Shown: in pieces, positions 18,558 to 26,953 of the stretch | Layout: the number at the start of each line of letters is the position of its first letter | Numbering within the stretch: the first letter of the stretch is position 1 | Source: an uncultured Vicinamibacterales bacterium | GTDB taxonomy: Bacteria > Acidobacteriota > Vicinamibacteria > Vicinamibacterales > UBA8438 | NCBI GenBank assembly: GCA_958295905.1 | Contig: OY282382.1 | Coordinates: 4,134,910-4,198,909 of the forward strand | DNA: 64,000 bases | Direction: 5' to 3' | The notes under the pieces: model-generated | What the model saw: only the letters and a program-made list of their open reading frames with translations | What the model was told of the DNA's origin: nothing | Database searches by the model: none | Translations under genes and position numbers: made by a program

Positions 18558-20333
18558 ATGCTTCGAATCCGGACCGGCGTCCTCCTGACACTGCTGTGCG
18601 CCGTGCCCGGCCCCGTGCGGGCCGCCGTCGACGCCCCGCTCGCCGATGCCGTCATGCGTCAGGACCACGACGCGGTGCGGGCGCTGCTGGCGGCCGGCGC
18701 CGCCGTCGACGCCCCGCGCGGCGACGGCATGACCGCCCTCCACTGGGCGGCGCGGCACGGCGATGTCGAGACCGCCCGCCGGCTCCTCGCGGCCGGCGCC
18801 GACCTCGAAGCGTCGACCCGTCTCGGCCGCCACACGCCGCTGCACGTCGCGGGCCGGGCCGGCCATACCCCGGTGATCGCCGCCCTGCTCGCCCATCGGG
18901 CGAATGCCGAGGCGTTGACCTCGGCCGGCGCCGCCCCACTGCACTTCGCCGCGCAATCGGGGAACGCCGACGCCGTCGAGACGCTGCTGGCGCACGGCGC
19001 CGACCCCGACGTGCGCGAGCCCCGGTGGGGCCAGACCCCCCTCATGTTCGCGGCGGGGGCGGCGCGGACCGCGGCCGTCGCGCCCCTGCTGCGGTGGGGG
19101 GCGGACCCCGGCATCGCCGCGGCGGTCGTGGACATCTCCGCCCGCAACGCGTTCGACCAGGCCGACAGCCGGCGGCGGCGCGCCCGCGTGGCCGCCGCCC
19201 GCGCCGGACGGGCGACGGGACGCGACCCCGGGCGCCGCTTCCGGGCCCGGCGCCCGCGTCTGCCGCGTACGTCGGCGCCGCCCCCCTTTCGGCGTCCGGC
19301 TTCGCCCCGGCCCGCGACGGCGGCCGAGGCCGACCGGCAGGAAGAACCCGAGCCTCTCGGCTTCGCCGATCTGGTGGGAACCCACGGCGGCCTGACGGCG
19401 CTGCTGCTCGCCGCGCGCGACGGCCACACCGATACGGCCCTGGCGCTGATCGCGGGCGGCGCCGACGTCAACCAGGTGAGCGCGGCCGACGGCACGAGCC
19501 CCCTGCTCATCGCGGCCATCAACGGGCACTTCGATCTGGCCCTGCGGCTCCTCGAGTCGGGAGCCGACCCCACCCTGGCGAGCGCGGCCGGCGCGACGCC
19601 GCTGTACGGGGTGCTCAACATGCAATGGGCCCCGAAGGCCCGGCATCCGCAGCCCACGGACCACCTGCAGCAGACCGTCTCCTATCTCGACGTGATGCGG
19701 ACACTGCTCGAAGCCGGCGCCGACGTCAACGCGCGACTCGAGATGTCGCTGTGGTACACGACCTACAACCGCGACCTGCTCGGGGTCGACCGCGCCGGCG
19801 CGACCGCGTTCTGGCGCGCCGCCCACGCCCTCGACGTCGGGGCCATGCGGCTCCTGCTGGAGTACGGGGCGGACCCGCATCTGCCAACCGTCACGGTGCC
19901 CACCCGCCGGCTTCCCGCCCATCCGGACCCGTCCGGTCTGCCGCCGGTCCCGCTCGGCGGCCCCGCCGTGTCCCCGCTGCTCGCCGCGTCCGGCGTCGGA
20001 TACGGCCAGGGCTACGCGGGGAACTCGCACCGGCACGCGCCCGGCGGGTGGCTCCCCGCGGTGCGGTTTCTCGTCGAAGAGGTGGGGCTCGACGTCCATT
20101 TCCGGGACCACAACGGGTACAACGCGGTCCACCATGCCGCCGCCCGCGGGGACAACGCCCTGATCCGCTATCTCGTCGGCCGGGGCGTCGACGTCACCGA
20201 GGTCAGTCGCCGGGGGCAGACGACCGTCGACATGGCCAATGGTCCCGTGCAGCGGATTCAACCGTTCCCGGACACCATCGCCTTGCTCGAGAGTCTCGGC
20301 GCGAAGAACAATCACCGCTGCCTGAGCTGCTGA
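18558..20333 (+). CDS. secreted ankyrin-repeat protein with a central R/P-rich linker
   Basis: Signal peptide [22 protein letters not shown]. Multiple G.TALHWAA..G......LL..GAD repeats in both halves. Confidence 0.85.
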   Translation: MLRIRTGVLLTLLCAVPGPVRAAVDAPLADAVMRQDHDAVRALLAAGAAVDAPRGDGMTALHWAARHGDVETARRLLAAGADLEASTRLGRHTPLHVAGRAGHTPVIAALLAHRANAEALTSAGAAPLHFAAQSGNADAVETLLAHGADPDVREPRWGQTPLMFAAGAARTAAVAPLLRWGADPGIAAAVVDISARNAFDQADSRRRRARVAAARAGRATGRDPGRRFRARRPRLPRTSAPPPFRRPASPRPATAAEADRQEEPEPLGFADLVGTHGGLTALLLAARDGHTDTALALIAGGADVNQVSAADGTSPLLIAAINGHFDLALRLLESGADPTLASAAGATPLYGVLNMQWAPKARHPQPTDHLQQTVSYLDVMRTLLEAGADVNARLEMSLWYTTYNRDLLGVDRAGATAFWRAAHALDVGAMRLLLEYGADPHLPTVTVPTRRLPAHPDPSGLPPVPLGGPAVSPLLAASGVGYGQGYAGNSHRHAPGGWLPAVRFLVEEVGLDVHFRDHNGYNAVHHAAARGDNALIRYLVGRGVDVTEVSRRGQTTVDMANGPVQRIQPFPDTIALLESLGAKNNHRCLSC

Positions 20334-20460
20334 CGAGGCTTCGCCTCAACGCCGGCCAGCCAAGCCAGCCAACGAGGCTTCGCCTCGAACCGACGCGATC
20401 ATCCGGTCCTCGGCGGCAGCGACGCTGCTCGACGGCGCCGGCGTCACCGAGGGCGACCGC

Positions 20461-20494
20461 TTACCTCATAGCAGGCTTCCGTTATACTACCCCC
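20461..20494 (+). promoter_or_regulatory. putative promoter giving a leaderless vapB transcript
   Basis: TATACT at 20483-20488 lies 6 nt before ATG 20495. There is no SD (CTACCCCC). A weak -35 TTACCT at 20461-20466 has a 16-nt spacer. Confidence 0.35.
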
Positions 20495-20740
20495 ATGAGT
20501 ACCCGACTGCAGGTCGTGATGGACGAAACGGAGGCGGACGAGTACCGCCGCCTCGCCGCGCGCGATGGGCTGACGCTGTCCGAGTGGGTCCGTCAGAAGC
20601 TGCGCCGGGCCGAACGGGACGAAGCCTCGGGCAACGTCGATCGGAAGCTCGCCGCGATTCGCGCCGCCGCGCGCCACGACTTCCCCGCCGCGGACATCGA
20701 CCGGATGTTGCGCGAAATCGAGTCGGGCTACCGGGCATGA
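20495..20740 (+). CDS. vapB: ribbon-helix-helix (CopG/VapB-type) antitoxin
   Basis: [40 protein letters not shown]... ATGA overlap with the following PIN gene. Confidence 0.8.
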   Translation: MSTRLQVVMDETEADEYRRLAARDGLTLSEWVRQKLRRAERDEASGNVDRKLAAIRAAARHDFPAADIDRMLREIESGYRA

Positions 20741-21135
20741 TCCTGATCGATTCGAACGTCCCGATGTACCTCGTCGGCGCCGCCCATCCACACAAGACGG
20801 ACGCGCAACGATTGCTCGAACGTTTCGCGATGGACAATCGACGCTTGGTCAGCGACGCGGAGGTCATGCAGGAAATCCTGCACCGCTACGTCTCGATTGA
20901 GCGGCGAGACGCGATTCAGCCGGCCTTCGATGCTCTCCTCGGCATCGTCGACGACGTTTTCCCGATCACGGTGGAGACCTTGAAGGGCGCGCGCGACGTC
21001 GTGCTCGGGTCACCGGCGCTCTCGGCCCGCGACGCGATTCACGTCGCGGCAATGCGGCAACACGGTGTCGAGGAAATCCTGTCGTTCGACCGCGCCTTTG
21101 ACCACGTCCCCGGGATCCGCCGCCTCGCCGTCTGA
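20737..21135 (+). CDS. vapC: PIN-domain toxin VapC
   Basis: [19 protein letters not shown]...[29 protein letters not shown]. The acidic PIN residues are present. Confidence 0.85.
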   Translation: MILIDSNVPMYLVGAAHPHKTDAQRLLERFAMDNRRLVSDAEVMQEILHRYVSIERRDAIQPAFDALLGIVDDVFPITVETLKGARDVVLGSPALSARDAIHVAAMRQHGVEEILSFDRAFDHVPGIRRLAV

Positions 21136-21187
21136 CGCGCCGGTGTTCGGCGCGGGCGTTCGGCCGCGCCCTCCACTTTGAGTTAAT

Positions 21188-22270
21188 ATGGGCCTTTTGA
21201 TGCCCTCTGCGCCCGTCGAAGTAGCGCTCACGGTACAGCCGCGCACCCGCATCGACCTGCTTGATGTCCGCCGCCGGGTGTCGGAGACCCACGGCGATGT
21301 GATCGAGCCGTTTCCGCTAGCGCTGTACAGCTCGTTTCACACCACCGCCGGCTATCTCGATCAGAGCTTGGCGACCCGTCTGAGCCGGAAACGCGGCGGC
21401 CTCGGGTCGTACCTCTCCTTCTTCCGCAAGGTGTTCCCGGAGGGGGCTGGATACAAGCACGATCAGCTCGATCTGCGCGAGGAGCTGTCGGACGCGCAAC
21501 GGCGCACGGAACCCCCCAACGCCGACTCGCATCTCGCGTTCATCAGCGCGGGGCTGCGCAACTGCGTGACCTACCGCGGCCGGACCGGCGAACCGGTGTA
21601 CTTCATCGATCTCGACGGCGTCTACCGCGGCCGGCCGCGCCAACGCGTGACCACGGTGCTCGGTTACAGCAGGGAGGAGGAGGTGGCGCGCGATCGGGTG
21701 GCGGTGCCCATGTCGGCGCATCCCGTCGACGCCGTCAGCCTCAAGGATCCGCGCTTCGGGGTGTTCGAGCGTTGCCGCGAGCTCATCCGACGCCACGGCG
21801 TCGACAAGGGCCGCGTTCAGCTCACCCTCGGTCCCGGTGAGGAGCACGCGGGCCTCACCGTCAACGAGTACGAGACCCTGCTCATGCGCCACGACCTCGC
21901 CGAGGTCCTGCGCGACCCGCTGCGGTTCATGGCCGAGAAGAGCCGGGACCTGCTGTCCGACCCCCGGGCCATTCCCAACAAGACCATCAACTACGCCAAG
22001 TACGACTTGGTGAGGGTGTTCAACGAGTTGTTCGACGCGCTCCACCTCAGCGACTCGATGGTGGAACGGATTCTATCCCGGTTCTTCGTCGCCCCGGCGC
22101 GTCGTTTCCTGCAGGTTAAGCGGTCGGTGAGCCTGCCCGTATCCGACCGGGAAACCCCGGGCGCGGGTCGTCTCGCGCAAGGACGCTACCAGAGTCCGAT
22201 CTTGATGCAGTGGCGGCGAAACGAGCCCCGCGCGCGCATGCTGGACATCACTCTGACCCGCTTTCGATAG
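21188..22270 (+). CDS. uncharacterised protein with YjbQ/UPF0047-like N-terminal domain and ~200-aa C-terminal extension
   Basis: 360 aa. LYSSFHTTAGYLDQ, FPEGAGYKHD and NADSHLAFISAGLRNC resemble the YjbQ motifs (HTTA, Y.H, NA.AHL). The rest is unrecognised. Confidence 0.55.
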   Translation: MGLLMPSAPVEVALTVQPRTRIDLLDVRRRVSETHGDVIEPFPLALYSSFHTTAGYLDQSLATRLSRKRGGLGSYLSFFRKVFPEGAGYKHDQLDLREELSDAQRRTEPPNADSHLAFISAGLRNCVTYRGRTGEPVYFIDLDGVYRGRPRQRVTTVLGYSREEEVARDRVAVPMSAHPVDAVSLKDPRFGVFERCRELIRRHGVDKGRVQLTLGPGEEHAGLTVNEYETLLMRHDLAEVLRDPLRFMAEKSRDLLSDPRAIPNKTINYAKYDLVRVFNELFDALHLSDSMVERILSRFFVAPARRFLQVKRSVSLPVSDRETPGAGRLAQGRYQSPILMQWRRNEPRARMLDITLTRFR

Positions 22271-22295
22271 GCATCCTGCGCGCCTCGCGGCGAGA

Positions 22296-22485
22296 ACTGC
22301 CAGCAGCGCGTTCTCAAGACACCCGTGGCGTCCCGTCTGACTGCGTCGCCCGCCGAACGGGTTGCCGACAGCTACGGCAGGCACGACGTTCGCCCTCCCC
22401 ACGCTTCGGCAGGCAGGCGTCTTGCAGCCCGCCGGCGCCCCCGCCGCTCCCGTGCGGGCGCGGGGTTCCACCACGGGGCCGATGA
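22296..22485. repeat. intergenic repeat family C, partial copy (inverted relative to 23846-24010 and 62775-63015)
   Basis: The reverse complement contains GGGAGCGGCGGGGGCGCCGGCGGGCTG, a 27-nt run identical to 62805-62831, with flanking similarity of about 85% over about 85 nt by eye. Confidence 0.7.
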
Positions 22486-22558
22486 ACCGCACCGCGCCCG
22501 GAGCTCGGTGAATCGCGGGTCGCGCGAGAGGCGCGCCCGCCAACTAAGGAGGACAGCC

Positions 22559-23803
22559 ATGACCGTCGACACCGCACGGCGCCGATTCCTGCAAACCCTG
22601 GCCGTCGGCAGCGTCGTCCAGCCGATGCTGGCCGGCCGCCCCGCGGCGGCGCAGTCAGACCCGACCGAGTCGTTCTGGCAGGAGGTCCGTCGCCAGTTCG
22701 CCTTCCGCGAGGAACGGGTGCCGATGAACGCGGCGAACCTGTGCCCGTCGCCGCGGGCGGTGGCCGAGCGGGTCCGCGAGCTGACCCGCGACATCGACGT
22801 CGACTGCTCGTTTCCGAACCGCGCGAAGTTCGGCGCCCTGCTCGAGGCGTCGCGCGGGGCGGCGGCGGCGCAGCTCGGGGTCACCGCGGACGAGATCGCC
22901 CTCGTGCGCAACACCAGCGAGGCCAACAACGTCGTCAACGCGGGGTTGCCGCTCGGCGCGGGCGACGAGGTCGTGGTGTGGGATCAGAACCATCCGACCA
23001 ACAACGTCGCCTGGGACGTGCGGGCGGCGCGCCGCGGGCTGTCGGTCAAGCGGGTGGCGACGCCCGCCGCGCCGTCGGGCGCGGACGAGCTCGCCGCCGC
23101 CTTCGAGCGCGCCCTGACGCCGCGCACGCGGGTGCTCGCCCTGACCCACGTCTCGAACGTGAGCGGGGTGCGGCTGCCGGTGCGCGCGCTGTGCGATGTG
23201 GCCCACCGCCGCGGCATCCACGTCCACGTCGACGGCGCGCAGACCTGGGGTGCGCTCGACGTGAACCTGCGCGACCTCGGCTGCGACTCCTACACCGGCA
23301 GCGCCCACAAGTGGTTCCTCGGACCGAAGGAGGTCGGGCTGCTCTACGTCCGCGCCGACCGCGTGGCGGACATCTGGCCGAGCATCGTCGCACCGAGCTG
23401 GGGCGGCGGGGTCGCGCCCCGCCCCCGCGGCACGCGCAAGTTCGAGTCGCTGGGCCAGCGCGACGATGCGGCCCTGGCCGCCGTCGCCACCACCGCGGCG
23501 TTCCAGAACCGCCTGGGCAGGGCGCGCATCGAGGCGCGCATCGTCGAGCTCGCGACGTTGCTGAAGAACGGGCTCGTCGAGGCCGGCTTCGAGCTCGTCA
23601 CGCCGATGGCGCCCGAACTGAGCGGCGGCGTCGTGATCGCGGCCTGCGCCCCGGACCGGCGGGGCCCCCTGGTGACCGCGTTGCACGAGCGGCACGGCAT
23701 CGCCGGCGCGGCCACCGGGGGCCTGCGGCTATGCCCGCACGTTTACAATACCCGGGATCACGTTCATCGCGCGGTTCGCGGTGCGGCGGCGCTCCGGGGG
23801 TGA
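22559..23803 (+). CDS. class-V aminotransferase / cysteine-desulfurase-like PLP enzyme with Tat signal
   Basis: AAGGAGG lies before ATG 22559. Product starts MTVDTARRRFLQTLAVGSVVQPMLAGRPAAAQ and contains SAHKWFLGPKEVG (PLP-Lys) and HVSNVSG. Confidence 0.85.
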   Translation: MTVDTARRRFLQTLAVGSVVQPMLAGRPAAAQSDPTESFWQEVRRQFAFREERVPMNAANLCPSPRAVAERVRELTRDIDVDCSFPNRAKFGALLEASRGAAAAQLGVTADEIALVRNTSEANNVVNAGLPLGAGDEVVVWDQNHPTNNVAWDVRAARRGLSVKRVATPAAPSGADELAAAFERALTPRTRVLALTHVSNVSGVRLPVRALCDVAHRRGIHVHVDGAQTWGALDVNLRDLGCDSYTGSAHKWFLGPKEVGLLYVRADRVADIWPSIVAPSWGGGVAPRPRGTRKFESLGQRDDAALAAVATTAAFQNRLGRARIEARIVELATLLKNGLVEAGFELVTPMAPELSGGVVIAACAPDRRGPLVTALHERHGIAGAATGGLRLCPHVYNTRDHVHRAVRGAAALRG

Positions 23804-23845
23804 CGCCCCGGCTATCAGCCCCTGGCGGCGCCCCGCGTTGCCGCG

Positions 23846-24010
23846 GGACCCCGCGCGGCGGCGGGCCGCAAGAGCGCCTGTGCCTGAGAAGTCGTGGGCA
23901 GGGCGCGAATTCGATGTCTCGAAACCGCGGACCGCAAGCAGTCCGTCCGAAATGACACCGTCGGGCGGGATGCATCGCCGGTGGAACGCAGCCGGGACTT
24001 TCGCCACCGG
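23846..24010. repeat. intergenic repeat family C, partial copy
   Basis: GCGGGACCCCGCGC...GTGCCTG...GGCGGGATGCATCGCCGGTGGAACGCAGCCGGGACTTTCGCC aligns with 62779-63015 with internal deletions. Confidence 0.7.
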
Positions 24011-24029
24011 CCGCAACGGGAGAACCACG

Positions 24030-25784
24030 ATGGAACCAACCGGCGCCGACACCGCCCGGGGCATCCGCTACGAGCCCGACGAACGCCCGCCCCACGCCCA
24101 CGCCCTGGGGTTCGGGTTCCAGGACGCGATGCTCGCCGTCCCGAACACCGTGGTGATCCCGGCCATCGTGGTGCGGGCGGCGGGCGCCGGCGAGGACTAC
24201 CTGACGTGGGCGGCCTTCGCCGCGCTGGTGATCAGCGGCGTCACCACGGTGGTCCAGGCGATCCGGATCGGCCACGTCGGCTCGGGTTACATCCTGATGA
24301 TGGGCACCTCCGGGGCCTTCATCGCGGTCTGCGTCACCGCGCTGGCCGAGGGCGGGCCGGCGATGCTCGCCTCGCTGGTCGCGGCCTCAGCCCTCGTGCA
24401 GTTCGCCCTTTCGGCGCGCCTGGCCCTGCTGCGGCGCATCTTCACGCCGACCGTCTGCGGCACCGTGATCATGCTGATCTCGGTGACCATCATGCCGATC
24501 GTCTTCGACGCGCTGCCCCAGGTGCCGGACGGGGCGCCGCCGGCGTCGGCGCCGGTCAGCGCCGCCGCCACGATGGTCGTCACCGTCGCGGTGATCCTGC
24601 GCGCGGCCGGCGTCTGGCGTCTCTGGGCGCCGGTCATCGGCATCGTTTCGGGCTGCGTGGTCGCCGGCGCCTTCGGCATCTACGACACGCGACTCATCGC
24701 CGAGGCAGGCTGGATCGGCCTGCCCGCGGGCGCATGGCCGGGACTCGACCTCAGCTTCGGGGTGACCTTCTGGTCTCTCCTGCCCGCGTTCATCTTCGTG
24801 ACCCTGATCGGGGCCATCGAGACCATCGGCGACGGCGTCGCCATCCAGCGGGTGTCGTGGCGGAAACCGCGGGCCGTCGACTTTCGTGCGGTGCAGGGCG
24901 CGGTGGCCGCGGACGGACTCGGCAACCTGCTTTCCGGTCTCGCGGCCACGGTGCCGAACACGACCTACTCGTCGAGCATCGCGGTGGCCGAGATCACCGG
25001 CGTGGCCTCCCGCCTCGTCGGTGTGTACATCGGGGCCGTCTTCGTCTGCCTGGCGTTCATGCCCAAGTTCATGGGCCTCATCCTCGCGATCCCGGGTCCC
25101 GTGGTGTGGGGATACACCGTCGTTCTGTTGTCCGTGCTGTTCGTGATCGGCATGGAGATAGTGGTGCAGGACGGCATCGACTACCGCAAGGGGGTCGTGG
25201 CCGGCGTCGCGTTCTGGGTGGGCACCGGGTTCCAGCAGCAGTGGATTTTCCCCGAGGCGCTGGGGCCGTGGTGGGGCGGGCTGCTCGGAAACGGCATGAC
25301 CGCGGGCGGCCTCGCCGCGATCCTCATGACCGGGTTCCTCCGTTTAGCGCAACCGCGGCCGCGGCGCCTCCGGACCCGGCTGAACGTCGAGGCCTACCCG
25401 AAGATCGATGGGTTCCTGGCCGAGTTCGCGGCCCGCCAGGGCTGGAGCGGCGCGATGACCGACCGGGTTCGCGCCGTCGGCGAGGAGACGCTGCTGACCC
25501 TCACCGGGCGCGGCGGGGAGGGCGCCGCCCCCGACGGACGGCGCCTGCGGCTGACCGCCCGCCGCGACGGCGCCGCCGCCGAGCTGGAGTTCGTGGCCTC
25601 GACCGAGGAGACGAACATCGAGGATCAGCTTGCGCTGCTCGGGGACCGGACCGGCGGCGCGCCGGGCGACCGCGAGGTTTCGCTGAGACTGCTGCGCCAC
25701 TTCGCGTCGTCGGTGCGCCACCAGCAGTACCACGACACCGACGTGGTGACCGTCCGCGTCGAGCCGACCGCCGCCGCGTCCTAG
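24030..25784 (+). CDS. NCS2 (xanthine/uracil/vitamin C) family permease with ~150-aa cytoplasmic C-terminal domain
   Basis: GGGAGA lies before ATG 24030. The product has about 12-13 TM helices. The tail RLNVEAYPKIDGFLAEFAARQGWSG..RVRAVGEETLLTL...RLRLTARRDGAAAELEFVA resembles an RsbW/SpoIIAB-like fold (tentative). Confidence 0.8.
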   Translation: MEPTGADTARGIRYEPDERPPHAHALGFGFQDAMLAVPNTVVIPAIVVRAAGAGEDYLTWAAFAALVISGVTTVVQAIRIGHVGSGYILMMGTSGAFIAVCVTALAEGGPAMLASLVAASALVQFALSARLALLRRIFTPTVCGTVIMLISVTIMPIVFDALPQVPDGAPPASAPVSAAATMVVTVAVILRAAGVWRLWAPVIGIVSGCVVAGAFGIYDTRLIAEAGWIGLPAGAWPGLDLSFGVTFWSLLPAFIFVTLIGAIETIGDGVAIQRVSWRKPRAVDFRAVQGAVAADGLGNLLSGLAATVPNTTYSSSIAVAEITGVASRLVGVYIGAVFVCLAFMPKFMGLILAIPGPVVWGYTVVLLSVLFVIGMEIVVQDGIDYRKGVVAGVAFWVGTGFQQQWIFPEALGPWWGGLLGNGMTAGGLAAILMTGFLRLAQPRPRRLRTRLNVEAYPKIDGFLAEFAARQGWSGAMTDRVRAVGEETLLTLTGRGGEGAAPDGRRLRLTARRDGAAAELEFVASTEETNIEDQLALLGDRTGGAPGDREVSLRLLRHFASSVRHQQYHDTDVVTVRVEPTAAAS

Positions 25785-25793
25785 CTCGCCGGT

Positions 25794-26747
25794 TCAGCGC
25801 GGAGCGAGACCGCTCAGCACCCGCTTTCCGAGCGCCGATGCGACGAAGTGGACCGCGAGCTCCGCCGTCTGGTTCCGCAGATCGAGTACCGGGTTGACCT
25901 CGGCGACCTCCAGCGACCGCAGGCCTCCGCACGCGGCGACCCGCTCCATCACCGTATGGACCTCGCGGACCGTCAGCCCTCCGGGAACCGGCGTGCCGAC
26001 GCCGGGTGCGGCCGAGGGGTCGAGAACGTCCATGTCAAGGCTCAGATGGACCCCCCGCGTCCCGTCGAGAGCCAGCCCGAGGGCCTCGTCGATGACTGAC
26101 GAGATCCCGCGCCGGTCCACTTCCTCCATCGTGTAGACCCGCGGCCCGAGCGACGCCACCACCGCGGCCTCCTCGGGGTCCACGCTCCGCGCCCCGATCA
26201 CCACCGCGTTCGCCGGCGACACGCGGGCGGTTCCGGCCGCGAATCCCCCGACGCGGGTCAGCGCCTCCGGACCCTTCCCCAGAATCGCGGCCAACGGCAT
26301 GCCGTGGAGATTCCCGCTCGGCGACGTCTCCGGGGTGTTGGCGTCGGTGTGGGCGTCGATCCAGAGAAGGCCGATCGACTTGCGGGAGCTCCCCCCGCCC
26401 GGCGACGCCGCCATCCCCGAGACCGTCCCGAGCGCGATCGAGTGATCGCCGCCCAGCACCACCGGCAGCCGCCCGGCGAGCCGGGCCCGCCGCACCCGTT
26501 CGGCGAGCGCCTCGAGGACCCCGGCGATCTCGGCGAGGTAGCGGGCGTTCTCGTCTCCGGGACCGGCGAGCGACTCGACCACCGGGGCGGCGAGGTTGCC
26601 CTCGTCGACGACCCCGCGCCCCAGGCTCCTGATCTTCTCCACGAGACGGGCGTGCCGCATCGCCGACGGCCCCATGTCCACCCCGCGGCGGCCGGCCCCG
26701 AGGTCGAGCGGAACCCCGATGACGGACACCGGAGCGCGGGAGGGCAT
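25794..26747 (-). CDS. arginase-family ureohydrolase (arginase/agmatinase/formiminoglutamase)
   Basis: GGDHSIALG, IDAHTDANTP, SLDMDVLDP and EVNP are the metal-binding motifs. The start is ambiguous (26747, 26762 or 26774). Confidence 0.85.
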   Translation of the reverse strand: MPSRAPVSVIGVPLDLGAGRRGVDMGPSAMRHARLVEKIRSLGRGVVDEGNLAAPVVESLAGPGDENARYLAEIAGVLEALAERVRRARLAGRLPVVLGGDHSIALGTVSGMAASPGGGSSRKSIGLLWIDAHTDANTPETSPSGNLHGMPLAAILGKGPEALTRVGGFAAGTARVSPANAVVIGARSVDPEEAAVVASLGPRVYTMEEVDRRGISSVIDEALGLALDGTRGVHLSLDMDVLDPSAAPGVGTPVPGGLTVREVHTVMERVAACGGLRSLEVAEVNPVLDLRNQTAELAVHFVASALGKRVLSGLAPR

Positions 26748-26953
26748 GGCGATGTCCTGCATGCGGGGGAGCATACTCCCCGCGTCGCGGCATCACCACC
26801 CCGCCACGGCCCAATCACGCGCGGCGCCGACGACGTTTCGCCGCGCCGCGCGCACGGGCGCCGCGTCTTCAGAGGGCGTGCTATGGTCGGCCGATGTTCC
26901 CCGGCGCAGTCACCGCACCCCCCCGCCGGAACGCCGGACGCCGGGGGGCGGCG

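Noticed and set aside
20335-20386. Twin mini-hairpins GAGGC-TTC-GCCTC (20335-20347 and 20374-20386) after the ankyrin gene as an intrinsic terminator
   Set aside because: The stems are only 5 bp and have no U-tract. They are part of a 19-nt direct repeat (ACGAGGCTTCGCCTC.AAC). This is too weak to call a terminator.
16973-20740. 1255-aa plus-strand ORF spanning three genes
   Set aside because: It is extremely R/P/G/A-rich with no recognisable motif. It runs out of frame across the well-supported DUF1552 and ankyrin genes and only its last ~80 codons (vapB) are real. This is a typical stop-free shadow frame in ~70% GC DNA.
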